From NCBI RefSeq assembly GCF_009914755.1, contig NC_060937.1: DNA of 64,000 nucleotides, one strand, 5' to 3'. Below, in pieces: positions 41,116-58,582 of the stretch. The DNA comes from the human T2T-CHM13v2.0 reference genome, Homo sapiens. The stretch's first letter is position 1; each line of letters starts with the position of its first letter. The position numbers were made by a program, and so were the translations under genes. A model generated the notes under the pieces. That model did not search any database. It was not told the origin of the DNA and saw nothing but the letters and a program-made list of their open reading frames with translations.

Positions 41116-42132
41116 ATGGGGAAAAAACAGAGCAGAAACACTGGAAACTCTAAAAAGCAGAGTGCCTCTCCTCCTACAAAGGAACGCAGTTCCTCACCAG
41201 CAACGGAACAAAGCTGGATGGAGAATGACTTTGTCGAGCTGAGAGAAGAAGGCTTCAGATGATCAAATTACTCTGAGCTACGGGAGGACATTCAAACCAA
41301 AGGCAAAGAAGTTGAAAACTTTGAAAAAAATTTAGAAGAATGTATAACTAGAATAACCAATACAGAGAAGTGCTTAAAGGAGCTGATGGAGCTGAAAACC
41401 AAGGCTCGAGAACTACGTGAAAAATGCAGAAGCCTCAGGAGCCGATGCGATCACCTGGAAGAAAGGGTATCAGCGATGAAAGATGAAATGAATGAAATGA
41501 AGCGAGAAGGGAAGTTTCGAGAAAAAAGAATAAAAAGAAACGAGCAAAGCCTCCAAGAAATATGGGACTATGTGAAAAGACCAAATCTACGTCTGATTGG
41601 TGTACCTGAAAGTGACGGGGAGAATGGAACCAAGTTGGAAAACACTCTGCAGGATATTATCCAGGAGAACTTCCCCAATCCAGCAAGGCAGGCCAACATT
41701 CAGATTCAGGAAATACAGAGAACGCCACAAAGATACTCCTCGAGAAGAGCAACTCCAAGACACATAATTGTCAGATTCACCAAAGTTGAAATGAAGGAAA
41801 AAATGTTAAGGGCAGCCAGAGAGAAAGGTCGGGTTACCCTCAAAGGGAAGCCCATCAGACTAACAGCTGATCTCTCGGCAGAAACTCTACAAGCCAGAAG
41901 AGAGTGGGGACCAATATTCAACATTCTCAAAGAAAAGAATTTTCAACCCAGAATTTCATATCCAGCCAAACTAAGCTTCATAAGTGAAGGAGAAATAAAA
42001 TACTTTACAGACAAGCAAATGCTGAGAGATTTTGTCACCACCAGGCCTGACCTAAAAGAGCTCCTGAAGGAAGCGCTAAACATGGAAAGGAACAACCAGT
42101 ACCAGCCGCTGCAAAATCATGCCAAAATGTAA
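41116..42132 (+). pseudogene. ORF1: L1 ORF1p (338 codons) with premature stop
   Basis: MGKKQSR... to ...QNHAKM; TGA at 41260 (codon 49, CGA>TGA); RPNLRLIG and YPAKLS motifs. Confidence 0.93.
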
Positions 42133-42195
42133 AGACCATCGAGACTAGGTAGAAACTGCATCAACTAACGAGCAAAATAACCAGCTAACATGATA

Positions 42196-46004
<3,809 letters not shown>

Positions 46005-46240
46005 ACAATGAGAACACATGGACACAGGAAGGGGAACATCACACTCTGGGGACTGTTGTGGGTTGGGGGAGCGGGGAGGGACAGCATTGGGAGATATACC
46101 TAATGCTAGATGACGAGTTAGTGGGTGCAGCGCACCAGCATGGCACATGTATACATATGTAACTAACCTGCACATTGTGCACATGTACCCTAAAACTTAA
46201 AGTATAATAATAATAATAATAAAATAAATAAATTTAAAAA

Positions 46241-46981
46241 AATTGAATTTCCTAAACATTATAGTGAATGTTTCTAATAATTTGCAAACAACAGGTCAAT
46301 AGAAATAAAAATGAATTTTTAAAGTAATATATTATTTTTTACTTAAATCATTTATCTTTTGCAGTTATCCTGACTTTATTAGACATGAGATTTATAAATA
46401 AACCTTGAGAACCTAAGGCTAGGTTTTTTTGGAACTGCCAATATGATCAGTTTTATGATTAGTTTTGTGATTATGATTAGTCTTCTGATAATAGTTTTAT
46501 GATCAGTTTTATGATTAGTTTTATATCCTAACGTACAAAGATTAATATATGCAGTGGTCTTTGCTGAGTAATAATATTGAAATAACTTTGATATTATTAA
46601 ATTTTTGATATATACATAATTTTTGCCAAGGGAAGATATTTACATTTTTTAATACTTTTAGAACTCTCTTATACAATAATTACAATAACATTCCAACAAA
46701 CTTAGTAAGTGTTTCTTTGGCAATATCTTTGAAGTATAATATTGGTCTTACCCTTGAATGAATATTTGAGCTACTATTATGTAGTATAGTTTTTCTGTGA
46801 GTCTAAGTTATACATTCTCTGAGGGTTGATACTGTGTCTGATCCAGATTTGTTTGTATCATGCACAATGTCTTACCCCTAAGAGACACTCAAGATATATT
46901 TGTTGAATGAATAAATGAAGGGGCTGAATCAACTTTACTCCAAATAAATACATTGCTCCTTTAAAAAAAAAAAGTTTTATA
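46241..46981 (+). mobile_element. Probable L1 3'-transduced segment plus 3' TSD
   Basis: aaaaaaaaaagttttata at 40277-40294 recurs at 46964-46981, 15 nt after AATAAA (46943-46948). The segment contains a 12-bp tandem repeat (atgat(c/t)agtttt, ~46443-46525) and an L2-like end. Confidence 0.7.
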
Positions 46982-48577
46982 ATACTCTTTAGTGAATTTC
47001 ATGAAGTGTTCAAAAGCATGGCCTCTTACTTTTTGAGATTTCCTGGCTATGTTCCTTTCCCATATGTTTATTCTGACCATTTCAATTTATTTGCCCCTAT
47101 GATCCCTGTTTTGATCAATTTGGATTCTACTCCCAAAAGAATCATCTGATTGGGGAATTTTCCTGGAAGGAGATTTGGCTGATTATTTTGAGAGTTCATA
47201 GAGCAGAATACTCCAAATTTCAGAAAGTCTGGTAAACACTGTACTCAATCACCAGTTGGATCCTTCAAAACCTCCTACAAGTTTCCGCTGCTATTCTTCG
47301 ATTAGCTTGTCACACTTTGCAGAGTAGCTGTTGGCAATTTTGAGTTTCCTGTAAGGGTCTATCAGAGGTTCTGTTGCTTCTCTTCACTTCTTCCTGCATA
47401 TATGCATATACAAGACAGGTCTTTTAGCTGATTTGTCACCATGCACTTTTATTTGGGGGAGTCATAGTGATGTTATATTACCTAGTTTTGATGTAGTTGG
47501 TGAGTGTGAGGTTCTTTTATTAAAATTATTTTTTAAAATTCTGTCTTTTTATAAGGGGTAGGGAGTTGCAGAGATTAAAAACCATGATATCACTGTATTC
47601 TCAGAATTCCCCAAGTAACTTTTTCAGCCCCATGTGTTGTCAAATTTTCAGAATTCCAGTCAACATAAATTTCTTGTCTCAAGCAGAAAGAACTTCCTTA
47701 ATCTGAGCAAACTTGATGGATGAAACCCACGTACATCTCTCTCATGTGAGCCAATTATATTAAAATTTTTAAATGTCCTACCCATTTTCCTTAATGCCAC
47801 ATCCTTGATTAGTATGTAATCTGTTTACAATAACTCACTAGAAACATGTTTACAAATATTTTTCCATGTAATAACTCTAGTCCACCAGCTTTCCAGCCTG
47901 TAATATCTGTGTCCTTTCTGCCTGTTACCAGGTTACTGGCCTGAAGTCCCATACTGTGACTCCTCCTAGATGCAATCCCATTCTTGGTACTAAGTCAGTT
48001 TTTGTTAAAAAGAAGTTTCAATGTTGCAGCATGAAGGAAAGTGTGTAGGAAATTTTGAGATCCATCTATATAGGAGAGGAAGATCAACTATATTTGAAAA
48101 CTAGTTCCAACATTAACAAGCCCTGTGATTAAGTTAACAAAAAAGATAATATAACAACTCATAGTTGTTATATTATACAACTATGACAAGTATATTATCT
48201 AATATGACAAGCATATTATCTAACATATATAAAGTCATTAGTATGAAGTCTTACATTATTCCATGAAACACACAATTAATACAAATGATAATAATTACTA
48301 TGTGACATATGACATCTGAAGATTCAGACTGTGTTGTTAGGAGTATTTTATGAGGGATATTCAATAGTTAATTAATTTTAAGTATGCTATCTCTGATGAT
48401 CTGTTTATTCACTAACTTACAAACTTCATCCATATTTTGTAATCTCACAAAGATTACTTAAATGCTCTCATATTATTTGCTCTTCAGATTCGGGCTATGT
48501 TCTTTGCCAAAAGAACTATTGTCATATATTGACCTTTTCTGCTAACTGACGTGTTTACATAGTAATATTATTAACAG

Positions 48578-48623
48578 GAATATCTCTGCAAACAAATGGC
48601 AATGATCTTATGTTAATGGCCAG
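48578..48623 (+). pseudogene. Candidate exon M (46 nt; alternative acceptor gives start 48563)
   Basis: Branch-point-like gctaactgac, acceptor taacag, donor CAG|gtgaat; NISANKWQ*SYVNGQ is in frame with exon N. Confidence 0.5.
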
Positions 48624-49391
48624 GTGAATGCTTTCTGAATACAGAAAAATTTAGGGGTTTTCGAAGGCAAATGAAACATAAGTATTTTGGCAAAATGATA
48701 TTTAGTTATGTGGGGTTATGCAAAAATAAAGAAAATGATGACTGTACTTTTTCTAAAACTCATAGAGAAGCTTTTCTGTTTCTTCTTCAAACTGAAATTA
48801 AAAAATCAAGAATTAATGCTAAGTAATTAATATGTACTCAGATTTGGGCTAAAATATACATTTTCCAAACAACCAATTAAAATATTCCACAATCATTTAG
48901 TTGTTTTTGAAATATGTTGTTAGTTATTTATTGACCAGCAAGTCATATTTCTATATCATAGCTCAAAATGTAAGTTAATCAGAACCTTTAGCAATAATTC
49001 AATGTTTTGTGTACATTTTTAACGTGGAAAATTGCTAGAACAAACAAATCATCTCTATAGTAAGCTACAAGCATAATAGATTAGATATATATACACTGAG
49101 GAGACCTGTTATGCTCTTGACAGAATTTGTGAAATGGCCAAACAGTACAATTCTCTGGTTGGTCTCCCCATACTTTTGCTCAGGAAAAGTCAAAGAATCC
49201 ATGCTTTAGGGAATTGGGAGATAAAATTTCAGCCTATAACTGCTATAAGAACAGCAGTTATTCTTTCTGTCAAAAGCTGGGAAGATATAAAATCCCCTCA
49301 CTGCTAATGCTCAAGACAGACTGTAGAGATGACTAACTATACTGAGAGCCAAGAGAACAGAATGAAAAAGTGTACTCAAGACAGAGTGAGT

Positions 49392-49752
<361 letters not shown>

Positions 49753-49908
49753 TTAGGAAGAACCAATGGTTTATAGTGTCGATTATTGGCAGACACTGCA
49801 CTTGACATTCATTAATTCATTTAATTCTCACACAAGACACCTCAAAGTTGGTATTATTCTTGTCATTTGCTGACAAGAAAACTAAGAGGTCAGAATTTAG
49901 TGACTTGT

Positions 49909-50257
49909 TTTCTTAATTTGTTTATTTTGCTATAACAGAATACCTGTACCTGGTTTGTAATGAACAGAAATTTATTTGGCTCACGGTCTGGAGGCTGGGA
50001 AGTCTAAAACTGAGGGGCTGCATCTGGTGAGGGGTGTCTTGCTGTGTCATCCCATGGTGGAAGAGCAAAGAGATCTTAGCAAACTAAGAGACTGAATTTG
50101 CAGACCCAGGCTCTTTTAAAATTGGCATTAATCCATTCACGAAGGTAGAGCCCTCATGACCTAAACACCTTCTGTTAAGCTCCACCTCCCAACACTGATA
50201 CATCGGGGATTAAGTTTCCAACTCATGCTTTTTGGAGGACACATTCAAACGACAGCA
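49909..50257 (-). mobile_element. MaLR solo LTR (MSTB/C-like) inserted in a MIR
   Basis: gctataacagaatac...tttatttggctcacggtctggaggctgggaagtc; TSD cttgt. Confidence 0.82.
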
Positions 50258-51357
50258 CTTGTAGCAGAGCTGGTATTTGAACCCAGGTCTTTCTATATTG
50301 GGTACAAATATAAAAAGTGATGTGACACCAATTCAATTACTATTGAACGTTCTTGGAAAGAAGTACATTTTGTCTGAACCATGCCAGGATGCCAAATGAT
50401 CATTTTCACTTGAAAATTGAGTTTTTGTTTAATCTGGCGACCTTTTGATAAATATTATAATTTTTAATAAAACAATATTTCAACAAAGTTTCAAGATCAT
50501 TAACTAGGCCACAAAAATTCATTTGCCCCAAAACACAAATTAAACAGATCGTATTCAATAATTATAGTAAAATTATTAATAAGAAACTGACAAAAGAAAA
50601 AATATATAGAAATTTAAGCGCTCCTGAATAATACTGTATCAAAGAAAAATCTAAAATAATGTTAGATTTTATAGAATATAAAGAAAATAATACCACTATC
50701 CATTAACTGTCCATTTTATTCCTTAATGCTCCTTAAACAAGTATCAGGAGAAAGACATATTAATTGAGCCAAAAGTTAGGGAAGTTTAAAAAAATAGAAA
50801 TTAGTAAAGATAATAGTATGAGTCAATAAATCAAAATACAGAGTAGTAGAAAAAATAATAAATTAAATTCCAGTAGCATGAAAGAACTGCAGACAGAATT
50901 CTGAAAACTGTAATTCAGGAGTACTAGAACTCACCCAGATACACAAAATAAGGAATAATAGGGTAAAATAACAAGACAAAATTTGTAAAAAAGCTTTGTC
51001 ACTATTTTAAAATATCAGTGAAATGTTTATTTTCTTTATTGAAAAGTAAAAATTCTAATTAAAAAAACTTGAAAGACAATTTAAAATTTACTAAGTAAAT
51101 ACTCAGACACTTTAATGGATAGTTATTTCAAACTCTCAAGGAATAGTTTTCTTCCATGTATTCTGTTCTCAAGTTAATGGATGTAGAATAAGTAAATGTA
51201 CACTTTAAAATTAAATAAATGTTAAAAATCAATAAAGGATAATTAGCTAATTTATTTTATGTAGTAAATACAATTCTGACACGAAAGTATGATATGTCTG
51301 ATCACCCCCCACCCCACAAAATTATACACCAATTCTTAATATAAATATAGAATTAAT

Positions 51358-51662
51358 GTCAGGCACAGTAGCTCATGCCTGTAATCCCAGAGCTTTGGGA
51401 GGCCAAGGCAGGAGGATGACTTGAAGCCAGAAGTTCGAGACTAGCCTGGGCCACATAGTGGGACACCCTCACATCTCTACAAAAAACGTTTCTGAAGAAA
51501 AGAACTAACCAGTCACAGCAGCATGTGCCTACAGTCTCTGCTACATTGGAGGCTGAGATAGGAGGATAACTTGAGCCCAAGTGTCCAAGGCTGCAGTTAG
51601 CTATGACTGGGCAAAGACACTCCAGCCTGGGCAACAGAATGAGACCCTGTCACAAAAATTAA

Positions 51663-51710
<48 letters not shown>
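51358..51710 (+). mobile_element. Alu (AluJ-like) with poly(A) followed by (TA)n
   Basis: Diverged dimer; A-run followed by a (TA) run. Confidence 0.88.
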
Positions 51711-52319
51711 TGTAGGTTTTCTATTAAAAATGATTACTTCATTATATATTTATAGGTTTTCTATTCAAAAGTATTACTTCATTTTATATATAATATATAA
51801 TAGAAGATATTATATAGTATATATCTAAAATAAATGTAAATAAAATATATATAATGTAATAGTTAATAGTTATGACTATAATATAAATATAATATAAACA
51901 TATTTATTTATATTTATTTAATATATAGTTATATTTATAGTTTATATATAGTTATGTTTAATATATCAGTATATTTATAGTTTGTATATAGTTATAACTA
52001 TAATATAAATATAATATAAATATAATGTAAGTTTTCTGCAGAAAACCTACAAACTAAATTCTACACAGTATGTATACAAAAGAATTCTCCAAATAGGGAG
52101 TGGAAAGGCGCTTACCCTTATCAGATACTAGAATATTGCCATGGTTTAAATATTTGTCCCGTCTAAAATTTAATCCCCATTGTGGCAGTATTGAGAGGTA
52201 GGGACTTTAAGAGGTGTTTGGCTTATGAGGGCTCTGTTCTCATAAGTGAATTAATCTATTCATAGGAGTGCAAGGATGGCTTATTTTGGAAAATCTATTA
52301 TGTTACAAGGGGTGATAAG

Positions 52320-52584
52320 CAATGTCTTACCAGAGACAGGATAGTGGGAGCCATCAGCCCTGGCTATAATTACAAAAGGATACACTGTTGTAGAGCATTT
52401 TAAAACCACAATAAAATTAATAAAAGTCCTTCTGCTTTTTATTATAATCATGTACTTTCAATTCTATATAATGTCAGAGATAAAACACTCCTCCTAGACA
52501 AAACATGTTTGTTGCTCTAAATTCTAAACAATGGCCTGTACCCAGGCCAGACAGCTCCCACTGCATGCCCTTGATACACCACTG
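52320..52584. mobile_element. hAT DNA transposon (MER96B-like)
   Basis: aaaagtccttctgctttttattat...aatgtcagagataaaacactcctcc; terminal tacaccactg. Confidence 0.6.
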
Positions 52585-53404
52585 CTCATGGGTAAAATTC
52601 AACCAAAGCAAACCAAAACACATGTGAATATGAATTAAAGGCCACAGGCTTTTAATAAAATTTAACATCTCTTGCTGACTGTTTTTTTGGTAAAACTAGA
52701 TATGGCAAGATAACTCAATATGATAAACATTGCAATCTTAAATTTTTATCATAATTGAAAGTTTTAGAAGTATTTCATTAAAATAATTAATAAAGCAATG
52801 ATCCTTATTAATAGACTTATTATTTTTACATTCTTAAAATTCTGAAAATTACAATGAAATATGAAGTAGAAATTAGCTATGTAGTGATAGGAAATAGACA
52901 AATTGTTGTTAATAGATTATATAATTATTAAACCCAGAAAAATGATGGAAAAAATCACTTAAAGTTATTAAGCATTTAATACATGCACTGAACAAGTGAA
53001 AAAAATGCTTTGTTTTCCTATGTCTTATAAATTTTGATCTATAAACTGATGAAAAAATAAAAGATCAAATCACAACAGAAATAAAATTCTTAGGTATTTC
53101 TATAACAAAAAGAACATGATAATTACATGAAGGAAAGATAATATTTTCTAGAGAATTATGATAATTTTAAAATGTAAACATGCCAGACTAGTAGATATAA
53201 AGATGGAATATCTGAAATATTTTTATTATTTTAATTTAATGCATACTTTTAAAGACAACCAAATAAAAGTTCCAGTAGAACTTCTTTAACTTGACTAAAA
53301 TCTTACATTTCCTGGAGGAAGAATAAAAAAATAAGTAAAATTAAAAAAATAATAATTTCATAAAGGGAGAGGAAGGGTGCTTGTCCTATCAGATATTAGA
53401 ATAT

Positions 53405-53825
53405 TGTCATGGTTTGAAAGTTTGTCCCCTCCAAAACTTAATCACGAATGTGGCAGTGTTGAGAGGTAGGGACTTTAAGAGGGGATTGGGTTATGAGGGC
53501 TTTGTTCTCATGAATGAATTAATCTATTCCTAGGTAGATTAATAAACCAGTGGGCTAACGGATTAATAAGTTATCGTGGTAAGGGGACTGGTGGCTTAAT
53601 GGAAGGAAGTAAGACCTGAGCTAGCACACTCAGCCCCCTCACCATGGATAACTTCTTCTGCCTTGGGAATCTGCAGCGTCTCCCCCAGCAAGAAGGCCCC
53701 CACCAAATGCAGCCCCTCCTGCTTTACTCCTCAGCCTCTATAACTGTAAGAAAGAAACTTCTTTTCTTTATGAATTTCAAAGTTGCAGGTATTCTGTTAT
53801 AAGCAACAGAAAATGAACTAAGAAA
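53405..53825 (+). mobile_element. MaLR solo LTR (MSTD-like)
   Basis: tgtcatggtttgaaagtttgtcccctccaaaact start; ataagcaacagaaaatgaactaag end. Confidence 0.82.
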
Positions 53826-53939
53826 TGCATACTATATAACCTGAATAAATAAGAGTATGATATTAATGTTAGAATTAATTGACAATAAAAATCAATAGAC
53901 ACACATGACATGGACTAACACTAATACTTGAGAACTCAG

Positions 53940-54385
53940 AATGTGGATGAGCTTGGAGGACATTGTTAAGCAAAATAACTTAGGCACATAAAGACAAATA
54001 CCATGTATTCTCATTCACATGTGGAAGCTAAAAAATGTGATCTCATACCAGTAGAGTGTAGTAGTGGTTACTAGAGGAAGGGAAGGATGTGGGAACTATG
54101 TAGTAAGAGGTTGGTTAACCAATACAAAAGTACAGCTAGACAGGAAGAATAGGTTAAGTGTTCTATCACACAATAGGCTGACTACAGTTAACAACTTATT
54201 GTATATTTTCAAATAGCTAGACGAGTGGATTTTAAATGTTCCCAACACAAAGAAACGATAAATGTTTGAAATGATGGATGTGATAATCACCCTGATGTAA
54301 TCATTACACCTTGTAAACAGGTACCAAAATCTCACACCTTACCCCATAAATATGTTCAATTTATGCGTAATTAAAAATAATAATA
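53940..54385 (+). mobile_element. L1MA-type 3' end
   Basis: ataccatgtattctcattcacatgtggaagct...gtatattttcaaatagctaga...cccataaatatg. Confidence 0.8.
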
Positions 54386-54387
54386 AG

Positions 54388-54534
54388 ACCAGGCACAGTG
54401 GCCCACGCCTGTAATCCCAGTGCTTTGGGTGGCTAAGGCAGGAGGATCATGTGAGCTCAGGAGTTGGAGGCTGCAGTGAACCATGATCTTTCCTTTTCAT
54501 TGTACTCCAGCCTGGGGGACAGAGTGAGAACCTG

Positions 54535-54572
<38 letters not shown>
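54388..54572 (+). mobile_element. Alu monomer (FLAM/AluJ-like) with long poly(A)
   Basis: Left-arm start joined to a right-arm-like end; about 35 A. Confidence 0.8.
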
Positions 54573-54574
<2 letters not shown>

Positions 54575-55013
54575 TAACTAAAAAGATAACTGGGTAGGAA
54601 AGTAAATGTAATTGGATAGGCTACTGGGTGGGGAATTTAATTTCTTGCACTGGACAGTAGGTATCCACAAATACTTGTTTATTTATTCCTTGTAACCCTA
54701 ACTATGTCTGAAGCATTTATTTTATTGTTATTTTTCTACTCCTGTGACAGATTATGAAATGTTTTATTTTTAAAAGGACCAATGGGTAAAGGGGGATATT
54801 TAACAAATTAGGAAAATTTGTCTTTTGGAAGAAAACACAAATTAGAGTTTTCTTTGCATAGAGATTTCTAGATATTACCAATATTTCCAATATTCCTCCT
54901 TTCTGTGGACATACTATGTTTTGCAGAGCTACATTTATCTTTCTGATCAATGGGCTCTGATAAATTAATTAGGAGCCAGTGAATGATTGTCCATGCTCTT
55001 TCCTCTGTTGCAG

Positions 55014-55066
55014 ACACCTGTGTCTAGAAAGACGGAACGCCAAGTTTTGCAGCGGGAACTCATTTG
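55014..55066 (+). pseudogene. Candidate exon N (53 nt)
   Basis: Strong signals: ctctttcctctgttgcag and TTG|gtaaga; TPVSRKTERQVLQRELI+TG. Confidence 0.7.
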
Positions 55067-55782
55067 GTAAGACTGTCCCCTCTGATAATGTGCGAGGCAG
55101 AATGTGTACCCAATGAATGTGTGTCTCTAGTGTGAGAGCTCGCAAAGCAGGTATTTATCTGTGCTGGTCGCTATGGGCTGTATTTGATAAGGAATTATAA
55201 GAAAAACAGTTCTGAAAAGTATTATCTGTTTGCCAGCAAGAATGAAAGGAAATAGTTCAGATATTTGGGGTCTTGAATGAGTTAAACCAGTAATTGCTTT
55301 CAATCCTAAATGGTAAAAGAGAAAATGTTAAAAGACTTTAAAATTGAGCTGGTTCAAAAACAAACAAACAAACAACAACAACAAAAATAAATAATAGATT
55401 TAAACTGAACTTTTACTTATAAAAAGGAATTAATGAGATAAAAATGCCTTAGGGTAAAGATCAAACTAAGGGCCTGAGGCCCAGTAATCTTTTCAATCGG
55501 AAAAATAGCTCAGGTAAAAGAGCTTAAGGGTTCCATTCTCTCATCAAATCCAGATAGACTCAGGAAAACTACCAGGTCTTCAAGCAGGGAGAGGTACAGG
55601 CACAAGAGTGTAAAGAAATACGGATGAAGTAAGAAGTGTGTTAGGTAAAGAATCGTAGCTGTAATTATTGGCACATGGAATTAATTGGAATCCAATAGCT
55701 TAGAAAAACCAACAAAGTTTTAAGAGAGTTGTATTGCTTAAGAAACTGTGAGCCTGCACTAAAAGTGTTTGAGACTCTAAAA

Positions 55783-55985
55783 CAAGGTGTCCAATCTTTT
55801 GGCTTCCCTGGGCCACACTGGAAGAAGAATTGTCTAACTAACTAACACTAGTGATAGGTGATAAGCAAAACCAAAAACCAAAAAACAAACAAAAACCAAA
55901 AAAAAAAAAAAAAACCTCAAAATGTTTTAAGAAAGTTTACAAATTTGTGTTAGGCTGCATTCAAAGCTGCCCTGGGCGGCTTGCT
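55783..55985. mobile_element. MER30-like hAT-Charlie element
   Basis: ggtgtccaatcttttggcttccctgggccacactggaagaagaattgtc...gcattcaaagctgccctgggc. Confidence 0.8.
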
Positions 55986-56346
55986 AAAACACCTCTCGGG
56001 CCCTGGGTAGGAAGTAGGCTAAGAAAACTTCATATTCTCTAGTATCTATTTTATATGAGCCCAAGAAGGGAGAAAGGAAAGGACAAATATCTCCCTGAGG
56101 GTGGAGACAGAAGACACAGAGAACAAGAACCAAGTTGAATCCTCCAGGAGAGCAGAGTCCGGGCCTCGTGAAGGTAGGGGGCTCAAAAAACGTCTGCCTG
56201 GAAGGACAGAATTTTTCAGCAACAGGGACTCCTGTTTCCTTTTTCAATTACGAGATGTGTAAGTGCCAGATAACTTGTCATTTTAGTTGCTAGGTTTCCA
56301 AAGCTATGGGAGCTACCTATAGACTTGACATAGAGAGTACAGTATG

Positions 56347-56651
56347 CAGTAGGCCCTTTGTATCCAAGGATTCAACCAACTGTGGATGGAAAATATTTTT
56401 TAAAAACCCAATAAAAACAATATAACAATAAAAACTAATGTAAATAAAACAATATAGTATTAACTATTTACATAGTATTTACATTGTATTAGGTGTTGAA
56501 AGTTATATAAAGAGGATTTAAAGTATATGGAAGGATATGTATAAGTTATGTGCAAATACTGCACCATTTTATATCAGCGATTTGAGCATCTGTGGATTTG
56601 ATATCTATGCGGGTCCTGGAACCAAGCCCCCATGGATACGGAAGGACAATT
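56347..56651. mobile_element. MER2-like TcMar-Tigger element
   Basis: cagtaggccctttgtatcc...ggattcaaccaac...cctggaaccaagcccccatggatac. Confidence 0.8.
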
Positions 56652-57607
56652 CTATCACTCAGAGATTCTGAATTCTGGACTTTGAGCTCAATGCCATGAC
56701 TGAGGAAGACCACGGGGTTTTCTCTCTTAGAGGGGAGGTGAGTATAATTGTCATACATATCTATACCAGAGGGAGACTGCACTGAATATTTGGAGAAACA
56801 AAAGGGTAAATTGTGGCAGATACTACCAGTCCTTAGCAATATTTCCAGTTCTCCTTTTTCACTCCTCTAGTCAGTAGGCCGTAGCTAGATGACTGGTCCC
56901 GTAGCCCGGCTGTGTCTATCAGGAGGCAATGCATGATTTCCCAGCCCAAAGTACATGAGAGATGATGGACCCATTTCCCACATTCTCCTCCTCTTCCACA
57001 GTGAACCCAGAGCTTTGAGTTGAGATGGGGGTGCCATAAGATTGAAGTACTCTGAAAAACAGAGCTTAAAGGCTTTTAACAGGTGAAAGTGCGGTCCAAA
57101 TTCTTAATTTGTTTTTGTTGTTGTTGTTGTTGTTGTGGAGGGCATCTATCCAAAAGCTTTCAGGACACACATGAACTTTACACGAGCAGGGAAAAAAATG
57201 TGTGCTCAGATACTGAGATGTTAGTGTTTTTGATAATATAGCCTGATCTCATACATACATTTATCTTAGACCATTCTATGCTAAATACATACATTCACAC
57301 AGACAAACATATGTGCATACATATCTAACGGATTAGTTAAAAGAAAATACATTTCAACTTTTAAACCCAGAAAATGTAAGTAAATATTTAACTTATCTCA
57401 AGTGAAGACTTTACACATAATGTCGTGAAAACAACACAAGTGAAAAAGTAGATCTGACTACTTGCAAATAACACTTTTGAAACATCAGAAATATCAACAA
57501 CTTAATGAAAATTAATGACATGCTGGGGGAAAACATTTTTGCAATAGAGGGTTTATGTCCTAATATATAAGAGGCTCTTAAAAATGAGTATCTTAAAATA
57601 TCAGCAT

Positions 57608-57633
57608 CACACACACACACACACACACACACA
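57608..57633. repeat. (CA)n microsatellite
   Basis: Directly visible. Confidence 0.9.
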
Positions 57634-58478
57634 GACAAAGAATATAAACATAATTCTTCCAATTTATAAAAACAGAAATACAGACAGATATCTTCCAAAG
57701 CCATCAGAATTTGAACCAGTGATGAGGAGCACATTTGCTTTCCTGCCCAATTAACAGTCATAGAAGATCACCTGAACTGCCCCTGGGGTGTGGATATGCA
57801 CCCTGAAAATATTTGGCATACCAGAGCATAGTTGGATGTGTATATACATAATTGTGAAAATAAATTGTTTTAGATTTTAATATTTTTCCTTGTGTCTAAC
57901 TTTCTTTAAGCACCAACAATTTTTAAAAATATAAAAATATTATAAATATTTGTGTGAGGCAAGAGGAATATTGTTGGGTCTTCTAGTTACAAACCATAGG
58001 ATCTTAGAGATAACAATGAACATTCCCAAAAGCTCCCATTTAGGAAGTTTTTGGTTGATGGCATGACCCTTGAAGGGATCTGACTTCCTGAGAGAGTGAC
58101 TCATAAATAATTACTCCTTTTTATGATACAAATATTTTTGAAGAACAGCTAAAGTCTTCATTAAAAAAGCATTATGCTCCTATGAGATTTCCCCATGCCT
58201 AAGATTAATATCACAGTTGAGGAGACCTGAGTATTTTTTGTTACCTTACAATTGTACATAAATAATTATTTTATGCAGTGCCATAGGTTAAATGCATATC
58301 ATGAAATTCACTTTCCTCCCGATTGCCATTTATGTCACTTAATTCAATGAAAGTCCACAAAAATACAGTATGACTCAGAATATTGGAGCTGTGGCTAAGC
58401 AAGAAAAGTTCATTCAAAATTGATTTTCTTTCAGGAATCCTTGATATTCTTCATTCCAATTGTTCACCTCTACTGTAG

Positions 58479-58582
58479 GGCTCAGTAAACACTTAAGGAA
58501 GTTGCCGTGCACTGCAGCCTGCCGGAGACATGAAGGAATGTACGGGAGGATAATCGCAACATCATCAACCCAATTCTCCAAG
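58479..58582 (+). pseudogene. Candidate exon O (104 nt)
   Basis: Acceptor tgttcacctctactgtag; (W)AQ*TLKEVAVHCSLPET*RNVREDNRNIINPILQ; stops at 58486 and 58531; donor AAG|gtagct; phases fit N and P. Confidence 0.65.

Noticed and set aside
46443-46525. Short repeat arrays here and at 27241 as CRISPR-like
   Set aside because: Eukaryotic context, no unique spacers and no cas genes; these are simple tandem duplications.
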